Counted from the stretch's first letter, positions 1 through 12,976 are shown. The stretch is 64,000 nucleotides of DNA from Eledone cirrhosa (GCA_964016885.1 OZ024754.1:27032001-27096000); one strand, 5' to 3'. A program made the numbers and translations. Notes: a model not told the origin generated them from the sequence alone.

Positions 1-84
1 CTATTACCCACTCTACTACCCTAAGTATTGAGTACTTTGGTGCGTTATGGTGCATCTGGTTCCTTACCACATTTCCTTCGTTAT
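1..84 (+). mobile_element. 3' end of hammerhead-carrying Penelope-like repeat family F1
   Basis: Near-identical to the reverse complement of 991-1075 and to 59985-60068. Ends in (TA)n. Confidence 0.7.
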
Positions 85-88
85 ATAA

Positions 89-119
<31 letters not shown>

Positions 120-260
120 TATAGATATACAGATTAGCACGTAAAAATAAAAATGAACATACATAAATACTAACATACATATATATATTTAATTACACAC
201 GCATTTCTTTTTCTCCTCTCGATACACACACAAACACACACACATATATGTACACACACG

Positions 261-328
<68 letters not shown>

Positions 329-990
329 TGAGAGAGAGTGCGTGTGTGTGTGAGAGAGAGTGAGAATGAGAGAGAGAGAAAGAGAGACAGAGAAAGAGAG
401 ACAGAGAAAGAGAGAGAGAAAGAGATAGATATAGATAGATAGATAGATAGCTAGATAGATATATAGAGAGAGATAGAGAGATAGAGAGATAGAGAGAGAG
501 AGAGATGCATACACATACTCGCATACCACAGACATAAGGAACTGGCAGGCAAGTTGGGCTTAGCAAACACAGAAACAAATATTTCCATAAACAGCTAAAC
601 TCACTGCATATTTCTCCTGAAAAAGCAAGCGCTTATTTATATTTATGTAAACGTCAGCTCTTTTATTGTAAAGTTGTAAATAATTTATGTATTGGATTCT
701 TTGTTCCAACATTTTGATAGTTACGGTTACTTCACGATTTGATAACCATGCATTATTGAAATATCATCAACGTTTTAAGTGAACAAACGTATCTTCAAAC
801 ACATAAAGAGGTTTCAGCGAGATTACATGAGATTAGGAATGGAGCTCGGTCGGTTTCAACGATGAGTGTTCCAGACTCGTGAAAATAATGAATGTCTGTC
901 AATTCCATAAGAACGTGTATTCTTACCGCGTGGCTGAGCATTTCCCATGTACTCTCTTGAGCTACACTCATATATATATATATATATATA

Positions 991-2071
991 TAACGAAGGA
1001 AATGTGGTAAGGAACCAGGTGGACCATAACGCACCAAAGTACTCAATACTTAGGGTAGTAGAGTGGGTAATAGGAACGAGTAGGACCCCGACGGCTGAGC
1101 TCAAGCCGTTTCGACGGCTAATTCTGGACTAAATGAAAATTTTTATCCTGGTATATGAATAGCCGAGCCTCTCAGGGGGTAATTCCATATATGGTAAAAG
1201 TGATTGTCACAAGGATTGGTCATAAGTTTGTTGTTGAGACACATAATTCTATCATGACAATTTGTGGAAGGAAGGGGTAGCTGAACCTGCCAGTAGAAGA
1301 AAGAGGGAGAGGGGGTGGAGGAAACCCAGTCGTGCGTTGATAGTGCCAACTACAGCTGGGCAGGAGGTCAAGGAAGTATACTAGGAGGGGGAGGGGGAGG
1401 AAGTCGAAACAATAAGTAAAACAATATGGGGTAAATATATAGAAGAATACCGAGAAATTGAAAAAAAACAATTAAATATTAAAAAAAAAAACAATTTCTG
1501 GTTACTATTCCCTAACGACAGTCATCAAGTCTCTCACTGGTACTGCTAAACTATAGAAAAGTTTACTAGGTGGGACGGAATTATAATGAGACCCTTTTAA
1601 GGGGTAGTAGTAATCAACCGAGTATATCTTACGGTGACGGGTCAACAAGTGGGGGGCCAAAATACTAAAGAAACTACCACGAAATAACTTTCTCGGTATT
1701 CTTCTATATATTTACCCCATATTGTTTTACTTATTATTTCAACTTCCTCCCCCTCCCCCTCCCTAGTATACTTCCTTGACCTCCTGCCCTGCTGTAGTTG
1801 GCACTATCAACGCAGGACTGGGTTTCCTCCACCCCTCTCCCTCTTTCTTCTACTGGCAGGTTCAGCTACCCCTTCCTTCCACAAATTGCCATGATAGAAT
1901 TATGTGTCTCAACAACAAACTTTTGACCAATCCTTGTGACAATCACTTTTACCATATATGGAATTACCCCCTGAGAAGCTCGGCTATTCATATACCAGGA
2001 TAAAAATGTTCATTTAGTCCAGAATTAGCCGTCGAAACGGCTTGAGCTCAGTCGTCAGGGTCCTACTCGTT

Positions 2072-2076
<5 letters not shown>
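991..2076. mobile_element. Family F1 fold-back element (arms about 1069-1457 and 1689-2076) between (TA)n tracts
   Basis: About 390-bp inverted repeat. The same peptide string appears in ORFs 1143..1349(-) and 1776..2003(+). Each arm carries a hammerhead-like motif. Confidence 0.85.
1085..1180 (-). ncRNA. Type I hammerhead-like ribozyme, variant core (second copy at 1966-2061 +)
   Basis: acccc CTGAGAG ...cggcta...tagccg.. GAAA cggct-tgagctc-agccg TC ggggt. Stems I, II and III pair and the cleavage triplet is GUC, but the core lacks the N7 base. Confidence 0.6.
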
Positions 2077-2132
<56 letters not shown>

Positions 2133-2298
2133 CTATTTATAGTTATGTATATACTATAAACAACTATAAACAGGAAAGGTCAGTAATTTCCTACTACCTT
2201 ATAACCAGTAAGAGAAATAGCGCAATGTAAGAACATCAGTTGTTTTACAGAGCAGGAAAATAAATTTGTTTATGTATATATATATAAAAATTTATTTA

Positions 2299-2333
<35 letters not shown>

Positions 2334-2338
<5 letters not shown>

Positions 2339-3142
2339 TGCCTTTTAATCTTATAGCCTGGTTTAATTGTTTTTTTTGTGTGGTTGATTATGCTAATTGG
2401 GAGAGGAAATGGTGTATATATATTATCAAATGATTCTATGGACATACTTTATAGTATATTATCTGATTATTTAATTTATTAATTTATCATTGAGCCACAT
2501 CGTGACTGGTTGCCAAAACATATATATCTATGACTTTGTCTAGTTTGTGTATATGTAAATCTTTATATTTGATAATCTCCCATAAGGTTGAGATGCAATT
2601 TGGGCAATATTAGGCTGCGCTTTCTAGCAACCAGCCCACTCGCCGTGAGACACCAATCACGTTCTTTCTGACTTGACCATTGCCACGTCACAGTTCTTAG
2701 CCATTTTGAATTCGTTTCTGGCGGGGATCATTTAAGAAAAATCTTTGTCCAAGTGAGTTTGTTTCCTGATGAGTTCGAAGCTCGAGAATTTATCGTTGAT
2801 AGGATATTTCCGAAAGCGAACGAAACCCTAAGGGTAGAAATGTAATCCTGGTTTGTGTATATGCATCTTTTCTTCCAACTTTAATTTTATACCTAATTGT
2901 GTATGGTTGACGGTGTATTTAATCGATTTCCATGTGCTATTGAAATGTTGGGTAAATATTCTATAGCGGTTGATCGCAAATAGATTGCTGTCGTTTATTT
3001 ACCTACTATTTCTTCATAGGTGCCTTTTAATCTTATAGCCTGGTTTAATTGTTGTTTTTTTGTGTGGTTGATTATGCTAATTGGGAGAGGAAATGGTGTA
3101 TATATATTATCAAATGATTCTATGGACATACTTTATAGTATA
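2334..3142 (+). mobile_element. Direct-repeat-bounded unit (2334-2458 and 3016-3142, period about 682 bp) containing a hammerhead; pLTR/retrozyme-like
   Basis: About 125-bp near-identical direct repeats starting at a (TA)n tract, with an internal hammerhead at 2762-2840. Confidence 0.7.
2762..2840 (+). ncRNA. Type I hammerhead ribozyme
   Basis: tttc CTGATGA gttcg...cgaac GAAA ccc-taa-ggg TA gaaa. The core is intact, three stems pair, and the cleavage triplet is GUA. Confidence 0.8.
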
Positions 3143-3699
3143 TAATGTGATGTTTTTGCAATTCTTGCAAAAATATACACAACTGAATTAATTCGCCTGA
3201 TATAGGGGTTGCCTCCCTTGCCGATCCCCACGTGGGGTCAGCAATAGTCAATCCTTGTATTAACATTGAACTAAAACCTGTTGAGAAAGTGGCTTCCTTG
3301 TTCAATCATCTTACCAGAATCCTAACATTATTTATGTAAGCGGACAGTACTTGATTTAGGAGCCGCAGAAACCCAAATACTGGATTTTACCAACCTTCCA
3401 GGGTGCGGGTAAATTTTCAATCGCAGATATTTTTTATTTGTTTGAGCTGAATTACTTGATCGTTTTTTTTTTGGCTATGCGAATGATTATTTAACCATCG
3501 TCTCAGTGTGTTTGGCCTTTAACGTTTGTTATAGCTCTGGTTCATCTGAATCATTGAGCACTTGCCACACATCTCGGAGGTTGTTTTTCGTTATTTCGTG
3601 GGCCGAAATGCGATTCTCGATAATTTATGTTTATATATATATTTATAATGTATATATATATATATGTATATATATATAATGTATATATATATATATATA

Positions 3700-3824
3700 T
3701 AACGAAGGAAGTGCGTTAAGGAACCAGGTGGACCATAACTCACCAGAGTACTCAATACTTAGGGTAGTAGACTGGGTAATAGGAAAATGATCAAGAATCC
3801 GTCGGGGTCTTAATCATTTTCCTA
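3700..3824 (-). mobile_element. Diverged F1 fragment with a small terminal fold-back
   Basis: Matches 992-1075. aggaaaatgatcaaga / tcttaatcattttcct form an inverted pair. Flanked by (TA)n. Confidence 0.7.
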
Positions 3825-3984
3825 TATATATATTCCTATATATATTTTAATATCGGTTTGTATTTCTTTTCTTTATTTATTCTTTTAAATTGATTCTGGC
3901 AAACCATATTGTTCATAGTTAGTATTTTCTCACCCTAGCGAATCTGGTCCCTTTCGATTTGAAGACACACACACACACACACAC

Positions 3985-4039
<55 letters not shown>

Positions 4040-4165
4040 GTGTGTTTATCTCTCTTATATTCAATTATATTACACGGCCTGGAAAAAATCTCTTTCCTTG
4101 AGCTATTTAATTGTAAGGGACTATTTTGAGCTTCTAACTCAATATATAGCTTTGATATATATATA

Positions 4166-4246
<81 letters not shown>

Positions 4247-4301
4247 AACCTAATAAACCTTTATTTGTCTGCCTCTCTGTTTTTGTTCCCGTCCAAGTTT
4301 T

Positions 4302-4372
<71 letters not shown>

Positions 4373-4411
4373 CGCTCTTATACATGAAACTGACTGGCTT
4401 ATATGTTGATG

Positions 4412-4498
4412 TGCAAATCTGGCTGATCAGTGAGTCTGCTAATATGCAGATCTGACTGATCAGCCAGTCTGCTAATATGCAAATCAGGTCGATCAGTC
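4412..4498. repeat. 33-bp tandem repeat (about 2.6 copies)
   Basis: Unit tgcaRatctgRctgatcagNNagtctgctaata. Confidence 0.7.
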
Positions 4499-4565
4499 AC
4501 CGTATATTTTAGAAAATATCATATATTTTCACTAGCTCTGATAGTTTGGCAGGTAAGTAGTATAA

Positions 4566-4607
4566 TGTACTGATGAAGGGTGATACCCAGAAACATTAGT
4601 GTCTGCA
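4566..4607 (+). ncRNA. Minimal type I hammerhead ribozyme
   Basis: tgta CTGATGA a-gggt-gat-accc-a GAAA cattagtg TC tgca. Cleavage triplet GUC. Confidence 0.75.
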
Positions 4608-4720
4608 GTTCTGTTTACATGCCAACACAAGAGCAAGAATGACGGGGTCATTTTACTGACATGGCTTTAAAGAGACTGTTTGCATAATTGCAAACGAATC
4701 GAATATTATTATTAATATCA

Positions 4721-4894
4721 GTGGATTGGTAGAGGGTCGGGCGCCATGCTTTGACGTATAGAGTTACAGCTCTTGCCATTCTGAGTTCAAATCCCGCCGA
4801 GGTTAACTTTGCCTTTCATCCTTACCGGATCGATAAAATAAAGTACCAGTAATGCAATGGGTAATTGCTGGCCTTGTGCCAAAAGTAGAAACAA
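4721..4894 (+). mobile_element. tRNA-derived SINE, main family S1
   Basis: B box GAGTTCAAATCC, core ccgaggttaactttgcctttcatcc...gataaaataaagtaccag, 3' end aagtagaaacaa plus a (TAT) tail. Confidence 0.85.
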
Positions 4895-5835
4895 ATATTA
4901 ATATTCGAAAAACTCAGATTACATTTATTATATATATATAGTTCAACATGATAAACAAACAAACACAGGAATCAATGGTGCATAGTATTATTAGCTTCAC
5001 GCTTGGTGAGAATGGGAGAGGTTATGACGTTTCGGACATAAGTACTTCATTAGGAGAGCAGGGGGAACTCCAAGAGGGAGTGAGGGGAGTTCTCAAGAAA
5101 AAAGGGCGGGAAAAATAGAAATAAAAAATAAACATGAAAATCAAAATAAATAGAAACAGAATTAAACGGAATATATAAAAAGACAGAAATAAAAAGATTT
5201 GAGTGAAGTGGGTGGGATGGGTGTATGGGTTCGGGATGGCAAGGGTGTGGTAGTGCGTAAAGGGTGGGTGGTGGGGGAGAGGGGGAACAAGAATATGGGA
5301 GTCTCAGCGGCGATGGTGGAAGGTATCGTGTGTGTGTATGTGTAAATGTGTGTGCGTGTATGTGTGGATGTAAGTGTGATAGTCTGGGAGGAGCGAGTGT
5401 ATGTGTATGTGGGGTTTGAAAAACCATTGTGTGTGTTGGAGTGGAGTGTATGTCTGTGTGTATAGTCCCTGTATGTATGTGTGTGTGTGTGTGTGTGGAT
5501 GGATGGAGGGGGTCGGATGGGGTGAGATGAGATCATGTCAAATCCGGCGGTGGTGTGGGGTGAAGTGTGGGTGCATGTGTAGATGTACACGTGTGTGTGT
5601 GTGTGTGGTTAAGAGAGGGGGTTGCGTGATGTGTCAGTTAACCCTGAAATGGGAATACAAATGGATTAAAACAAGTTTCGCGTAAATTGAAGCACGAGAT
5701 ATGGGGTATTCTGGGTACCCTCATAAACAGAAAGAGAGAAGGATAGAGAGAAAGAGATAGTGGTTGTGAGAGAGTAAATTGAAAGAGAGACAGAGAAAGA
5801 GGGAGAGGAGACAAAAAAGGAAAATGGAAGAGTGC

Positions 5836-5919
<84 letters not shown>

Positions 5920-5942
5920 AAGAGAGAGAGAGAGAGAAAGAT

Positions 5943-6003
<61 letters not shown>

Positions 6004-6015
6004 TAGTGGTGTTGC

Positions 6016-6047
<32 letters not shown>

Positions 6048-6438
6048 GGAAATACCTGAGTATATTCCTAATTAAACGTTCGGGGTGCTAACTATATTGT
6101 ATGGTGTGGAAAATTGGTTGTATCATTTCATATGAGATATATCAAATATATCTCTTCCCAGACGGACGGACATATATATATATGTGAGTGTGTGTGTATA
6201 TATGTGTGTGTACATGTGTGTGTCTATGACACCTACATATATATATATATATACACACACATATACAGACACACACATTTATATATATATATATACACAC
6301 ACACATATATATATGGGCCTTCCAGGTTCATTTTACATTATATACATGTATGTGTATATTTTAAATATTTAAAAGTTATTTTTAAGTGAACGTGACCCAA
6401 CGGGTTACGGGAGGTCTAGTATGTATATATATTATTAT

Positions 6439-6620
6439 GTGGATTGGCAGTATGGGTAGAGGGTCGGACGCCATGCTTTCCAGCATAGTTACGGCCCTTT
6501 ACGATCTGAGTTCAAATCCCGCCGAGGTTGACTTTGCCTTTCATCCTTACGGGGTCGATAAAATAAAGTACCAGTAATGCACTGGGTAATTGCTGGCCTG
6601 GTGCCTAAAGTAGAAACAAT
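6439..6620 (+). mobile_element. SINE S1 full-length copy
   Basis: A-box-like TGGCAGTATGGG, B box GAGTTCAAATCC, same core as the other copies. Confidence 0.9.
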
Positions 6621-6730
6621 TATTACTATATATATATATATATGTAAAAAGTAAACAGAAATAACAACACAATCGATACAGTATATGGAAGGTATATATT
6701 AGGTTAAAGCTTGATATAGCAGGAAGAGGG

Positions 6731-6766
6731 CCTTAACGTTTCGGACGCTAGTCCTTCATCAGAAGA
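6731..6766 (-). ncRNA. Minimal type I hammerhead ribozyme
   Basis: tctt CTGATGA a-ggac-tagc-gtcc GAAA cg TT aagg. Degenerate relatives at 5022-5057(-) and 18652-18688(-). Confidence 0.7.
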
Positions 6767-6865
6767 AAGAATGAGAAATAAAATAGATTAAGGGGACGGG
6801 CGGGATAGAATTGGAAAAAATGTCTTTAGATAAAAATAATAGATCCATTCATGTTGACATCTCTT

Positions 6866-6934
<69 letters not shown>

Positions 6935-6945
6935 ATATATATATA

Positions 6946-7134
6946 GGCACGTGGCCTAGTGGTAAGGGAGTTGATCTTACTGTCGCTCAGAGAGTGGGAT
7001 TGGCTCAGTGCACAGTCTTTCCTCACTTTAAAAAATATCTTCACGCACAGGCATTGTACGATAGAATTAATTAATAATTATTAATAATGGTATATCGTGC
7101 AATGCCCATAATCGATAACGAGGGGGCAGCCTTC
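6946..7134 (+). mobile_element. tRNA-like head fused to the 3' part of a non-autonomous RTE-type element
   Basis: ggcacgtggcctagtggtaaggg (A box), then from 6978 near-identity to 44525-44680. Confidence 0.6.
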
Positions 7135-7790
7135 ATATATATATATACACACATGTCTCTCTCTCTCCCAATCTCTCTCTCTCTCTTTATGTATATATAT
7201 ATATATATATAAACACCTCCACATATATATGTTATATATTAAGCTATCCTAGATAAAACTTCTTTCTTTTCTTGTTTATTTACGGTAGACAATCATTTTA
7301 AAATCATTTGAAAAGAATTATATTTTTTGTATACACACACACACATATATATATACATACACCCACACACACTTATATATATGTATATATATATATAACT
7401 CTGTTGTCTCCTTGAACTATGTATATATATATATATGTATATATACATACACACACACACACTCACGCACTCTCTCACACACACACACATATATATTTGG
7501 GGGTGTACCTGTGTGTGTGTAGGCTACCAGAAAAACAATAAAAACCCATGGCAATTCAAAGTTTTCATGATTAAATTAGAATAGCTTTTAAAAAAATAAT
7601 TGTTACAAACAGTTGATGTTTATTTGTATAACACAGGAAAATATATCTGAAATAAACAACGTCTGTCTGGTCATGGACAAGAACAATTACATATATATGT
7701 AGGAGGGTGAGTTTTATTGTAGCACAATAAAGCAATGCAAATATCGGATAAGTAGCACTCTACAGTTTGTAGGACTGGAGTATAAATAAT

Positions 7791-7957
7791 TGTTTCTACT
7801 TTAGGCACAAGGCCAGTGCATTACTGGTACTTTATTTTATCGACCCCGTAAGGATAAGGCAAAGTCAACCTCGGCGGGATTTGAACTCAGATCGTAAAGG
7901 GACGTAACTATGCTGAAAAGCATGGCGTCCGACGCTCTACTGATACTGCCAATCCAT
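7791..7957 (-). mobile_element. SINE S1 with an 18-bp target-site duplication
   Basis: TSD gactggagtataaataat at 7773-7790 and 7958-7975. The empty site is visible in the paralogous element at about 60167-60184. Confidence 0.92.
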
Positions 7958-8116
7958 GACTGGAGTATAAATAATATAAGATCAAAAGATGGTTAAAAGA
8001 ATTCCAAGTATTTTATTATGCGCATTTCAAAAACAAATATCATCATGGGATGATATCTGCGTTCTCATCAGATAAAATAGGGAGACATGTTTTTTAAGCT
8101 TCATATCATGTCTCCC

Positions 8117-8187
8117 TATTTTATCTGATGAGAACGCAGAAATCATCCCATGATGATATTTGTTTTTGAAATGCGCATAATAAAATA
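8117..8187 (+). ncRNA. Type I hammerhead ribozyme (antisense-arm copy at 8009-8079 -)
   Basis: tattttat CTGATGA gaacgcagaaatcatcccatgatgatatttgttttt GAAA tgcgca TA ataaaata. 8-bp stem I and a palindromic minimal stem III. Confidence 0.8.
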
Positions 8188-8217
8188 CTTGGAACTCTTT
8201 TAACCATCTTTTGATCT

Positions 8218-8293
<76 letters not shown>

Positions 8294-8329
8294 CATTAAT
8301 TGGAAAGGTCTGAAGCGATGAGTGTTCAT

Positions 8330-8752
8330 GAATATTCGTAAAATTTGAGTATTCTCAGCGCGGAAGGTAGACGTTACCAGATGGAGTGAAAGATTAACAA
8401 GAATAAGGTACTTAGCGTTATTTGGATCATAAGCTCTCTATCAATAATCTGCAATATAATATCGCAATATAGTCTCTCGCGTGAGTTGGGAACTATGTCG
8501 AGACTGAGTCTAGAATTATAGACCGTGCCATGCCACAGGAATCAAATCTCGGTTGTACAACGCTAGGAAAAAAAGCGTGAGAGAGCAATGAGGGACGTCC
8601 GACTGTGGTAGCGAGCGGCGGTTTGCCATTTGAAACTGAGCAGCCGCAATACTAAGCGGAAATAAAAGTCGATTTGTGGATATATCTACTCAGTAAATAG
8701 TATACAACTGGTAACGGGTACCTTCTGCGCTGAGAATACTTAAATTTTACGA

Positions 8753-8758
<6 letters not shown>
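8330..8758. repeat. Element with about 51-bp inverted repeats (8330-8380 and 8708-8758)
   Basis: gaatattcgtaaaatttgagtattctcagcgcggaaggta... and its reverse complement, between (TA)n and (TC)n. No intact hammerhead seen. Confidence 0.65.
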
Positions 8759-8830
<72 letters not shown>

Positions 8831-8960
8831 TCTCTCTCTCACTCACACACACATACATACACACACACAAACACACACACTACGTACGCATGTATGTATA
8901 TATTTATGTATACATATATATATTTATGTATTTATGTACGTATGTATGTACGTATGTATG

Positions 8961-11900
8961 TTCTTCTGGTTTTATAATTTCACAAAGTTTTACCAATAGA
9001 GAGAGAGTCGGTTTCTAACATAGACACAAGACTCTCTCATTGGAATTTACACAACATCAACTAGGTAGATATGCATGCATGCATGTGTAGATATGGATGA
9101 TATTGTATGTGTGGATGTGTATATTTTGAGTTGTATGTGTGCATGTGTATATGCTTTGTATCTGTACATGTGTATATGCAGTTATTAGATGCAAAATTTT
9201 TGGAATGTTTTACATATTTTTACTGTTCCATTAATGGATTGTACTTGTAGTTTCCTAACTAGTTGTGTTCTTTCTGTTCCTGTGAAGCCTAGCTTCTCAA
9301 GATTTGTATTGAGGCAGTTACTAACATATCCCAGTGCCCCAATAATCACAGGCATAAATCTGAAGGTGTAATCAGGGTGGAGTATCTGCAGATTTCTCAT
9401 CAGTTCTGCATAAATATTCTCCTTTTCACTAATCTTTGATATTATATTGGCATCTGCTGGGCAGCTAATTTCCACTACTGTGCATGTTTTCTTCTCCCTG
9501 TCTCATATCATAATATCTGGTCTGTTATACCTGCATTTTATTGGGGTTTTTACTGGAACATTCCACCAGTACTCTTTCATATTATGTACATGGATGTCTT
9601 CCACATTGTTGTAGCTTTTAATGTGTTTATTATCGGGGCTATCTTTTTTACGAACTGCATTGTACAGTGCTTTGGCCACTACATCATGCCTCATAGGTAG
9701 ATAGTACCGCGATGACATCTTTGGGAAGCTGCTGATGACATGGGTGATATCCTCGATGTTAGTTCTGCAGAGTCTGCACTTGTTATCACATCTAGGTGTT
9801 TTGCCTGCACCCCTATCTCTTTTGTGAATCAGGTATTTCGTGCAAATCTCCCGTTCTTGGATTGCAAAAGCGTATCCTTCAAAGTGGGAGCCAATATAGC
9901 GGTTGTTGGTCCAAGATAGACTACTTTCCTTATCTATATTACTCTCACTCTGGAGCTTCCTGGCAACATATCCATGCATGATTTTTTGCTGATAGGCATG
10001 CAGTTTTTCATCCATAGATTCACTGCGGTATTGCTGAGCCACATCCCTGGGTGTGAGTTTTTGATTATCACACAGGGAATATCTCTCAAGGAGTTCCTTC
10101 CCAACTCTCATGATCTTATCTGTTTCATGCAGATAGACTTGCTCAAGAAGCGGGCTCCTACGCTTCGAGGTTCGTAGATGTTGTCGGAGAGATATGATGC
10201 TTACGTTTCAAGTAAAGGCGGTCTATGTCACTGTTGATGTGGAAGTTTCCGGTGTTGTTCAGTATTTTTCGAGTTCCAACATCAACTGCTCGGATTTCGT
10301 CTATCGTCCAATTGAGTATTCCAAACGTTGGTGTTAGGACAGGCACAGCAAACACATCGTGAGCCACTGTTTTGTTTTGCGCAGAGAGTTCCGATGACCA
10401 GATCTTTCTTAATCGGGTGTAGTATTCCCTGGTTACGCGTTCTTTATTACAGATACCATTATAGGATATGTTCTCATCTATCCCCAGCTATCTGTAGCAG
10501 TCCTCATCAGATATCGGTGAAACAATTAGACCATTGATGACAATGTTGCTAGATTGGGTTGTTGTTTTTCCCCGCTTTACAGTCATATATGAGCATTTAT
10601 CTTGGCCAAACTCCATTCCTATATCCTTTGAGAACGTTGTAACCAGGTGAAGATTTTTCTTCATCCTATCCATGTTCTTGGCATAGAGTTTCAGATCGTC
10701 CACAAAGAAGTTATGGGTTAGGTTCGTATTTCTGTCCTCCTGTGAGCCAATGATGTATCCCTCACATTTCTTGAGCAGAAAGGACAAGGGGTTTAATGAC
10801 AAGATGAACAATATCACAGAGAGACTGTCCCCCTGAAATATACCCCTGCAATATTTTATTTTATCAGTGAAAATAGAGTGCTCCCTCTCTGTCTTTAATC
10901 TTTGGATAGTAGCCCAAGAAGAAGACAGCCTCTCTATGGCTCTGACAATAATGTCTGGGACTTTAGCAAGTTGGGGGCCTCTATCATCCAAGAGTGGGGA
11001 ACAGAATCGAAAGCTTTCTTGTAGTCCAGCCAGACTGTAGTCATATTCCTCCTAAGTTGTCACACCTACGACATCGCAATTTTGTTGATTAGGAGTTGTT
11101 CAGCACATCCCCAAACCCTTTACTTTCCAGCTGCTTGTTCATCTGTGATGATGTTATTATTTTCACAGTGATCTTGGAGGAATAGGTTGAGGCAGGCTGT
11201 ATACATCTTATATATTAGGTTCTGGCATGCAATGGGTCGGTAGTTTTTTGCCAAGTGGATCTCTTTGTTCTTGGGGACCAGTAACGTTTGTGCTAATGTC
11301 AACCATTCTGGTATAAGTGTATTTCCCTTAAGAACTTGTTGGTAGAGGTCAGTAAGATACCTCCGATAGAATATTAGTTTTTTGTACCAGTAGCCGACAA
11401 TCATGTCTCTTCCTGGTGTTTTCTTATCTTGGAGTTTTCCTATCACAGTCTCAAGGGTACCCTCACTTATTTCGTATGTTTTTGTTGTAGTGTAGGAGCA
11501 ATAGTTCTTTCGGATTTCTCTTAGCCACACTGCATCTTGGTTGAAATTCTTCTTTTCACCCCATATTTTTCTCCAAAAGGAATCTATGTCTTTCTGGGAT
11601 GGGGCCTCGGTGACACTTATTATTTTGCCCTATAGACTGATGTTTGGTTTCGTCTGAATCTTTTATTAAGCATTTTTCTCTCATCTACCTTCTTCAGGTA
11701 TCGGCGTTTTTCGCTAACAGCTCTCAATTCTTGTTTGAGGGTGATCAGCTTATATTGGAGAGTTCTAGTTCTACTGTTACCAAACATCGTCTCTATTTTA
11801 CTTTTCACTCTTTGTTGGTGAGGAGTGAGGTTTTTTGTGTTTGTTTGCATTGTCACATGTCCTATGTTTTTTCGTAGGTCAGCACTCTTTTTTTCTATTT

Positions 11901-12976
11901 TAGTTATATATGATGGTATTTTTGGTGGTGTTTTGTTCTTGTTAATATCTCTGCTATCACCAAGATAATGCTTCACTGTCATTGCTAAGGCATATAAACA
12001 GGCGTTGATTTGCCAAAATGTTGGGGTTTTTATCCGTCGTAAATATTCATCCCCTATTTCGTCAATAACACGTAGTATTTCATTATTTGAACTTTTATTC
12101 ACCATTGTCATTTTAACACGTTCAACCAGAGAGATATTTATACATGAGTTAATTTCTCTCTGGAAGATTTCGTTGAGGGAAATTTTTAATTGTTTATACT
12201 TTTGATTATCATTATCGATAGTATTTTCCACAACAGTCGAGGTAGACTCGGATGGTATACGTGATGTCACATATATTCGATTATTATTCTTATTTCTTCG
12301 ATTATTATTATTATCGATAGTGTTTTCCCCAGCATTCGAGGTAGACTTAGATGGTACAGGTGGTGTCAAGTTTCTGACAGGCTGTTCGACTGCTATGAAG
12401 TCTAGTAGCATGGCGATCTGTAGCACGTGTTGTTGATTCCATGTTTGTTGTGGGGGACTTACAGTTAATAATATTTATCTTATTTTTACGTTCAACAAAC
12501 GTCGCTTGTTGGCGTAATTGTTTCGCTGTGAAATAATTTAGCTCTGGGTGCATTTCGTCCCAGTGTAGCTTCATTCTATTCATATAGACAATGGAGGGAT
12601 TGTTTTTTGCCATTTTATAACAATTAAATAAATCATTATTAAGTTCGCAACCGCAAGAGAAATGCGATTTATAATTTCGGTTTCTTCTGTAGCTACAACT
12701 GAATAAAGTTTGATTACCTTCTTTGTTATTTGTCTTCGATACTTCCTTAATTTTCTTGTTGATGTTGTGTTCAGCCATGCTGTTTGTAGCAAATCCTTGT
12801 AAAATGAATTATGTATTTAGTCGGATATCTCTACGAATTCGAATAAAAGGTGTCTTCAGAAGGGATAGTTAGAAGAATAACCAGTTATTCAACCTGGCTG
12901 TAGTTGTGGCATTACTGTCGGAGATAGTATTCATCTTAAATTTAATAAATAGTCTCCCACGCCAAAATATGCGACT
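8961..12976 (-). mobile_element. Near full-length, degenerate R4/Dong-type non-LTR retrotransposon (RT plus REL endonuclease), family A
   Basis: Broken ORFs from 12778 to 9185 give NYRPIACQNLIYK, GIFQGDSLS, HNFFVDDLKLY, CRLC..H, RHD, RPDI and EISCP. Both ends abut (CATA)n. Confidence 0.9.

Larger units (their letters stand above)
7699..8225. mobile_element. Family F2 hammerhead fold-back element (arms 7971-8089 and 8107-8225), interrupted by a SINE
   Basis: Homologous to 60096-60512. Hammerhead on both arms. Flanked by (TA)n. Confidence 0.85.

Noticed and set aside
1143-2003. Two ORFs encoding the same peptide (PSPSFFYWQVQLPL...) on opposite strands
   Set aside because: This is a consequence of the F1 inverted repeat, and there is no recognisable domain.
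5022-5057. Hammerhead-like motifs at 5022, 18652 and 32650 (all minus strand)
   Set aside because: Core substitutions (CTAATGA, CTGCTGA, CAGAAGA) and poor stem I. Treated as decayed relics and not called as ribozymes.
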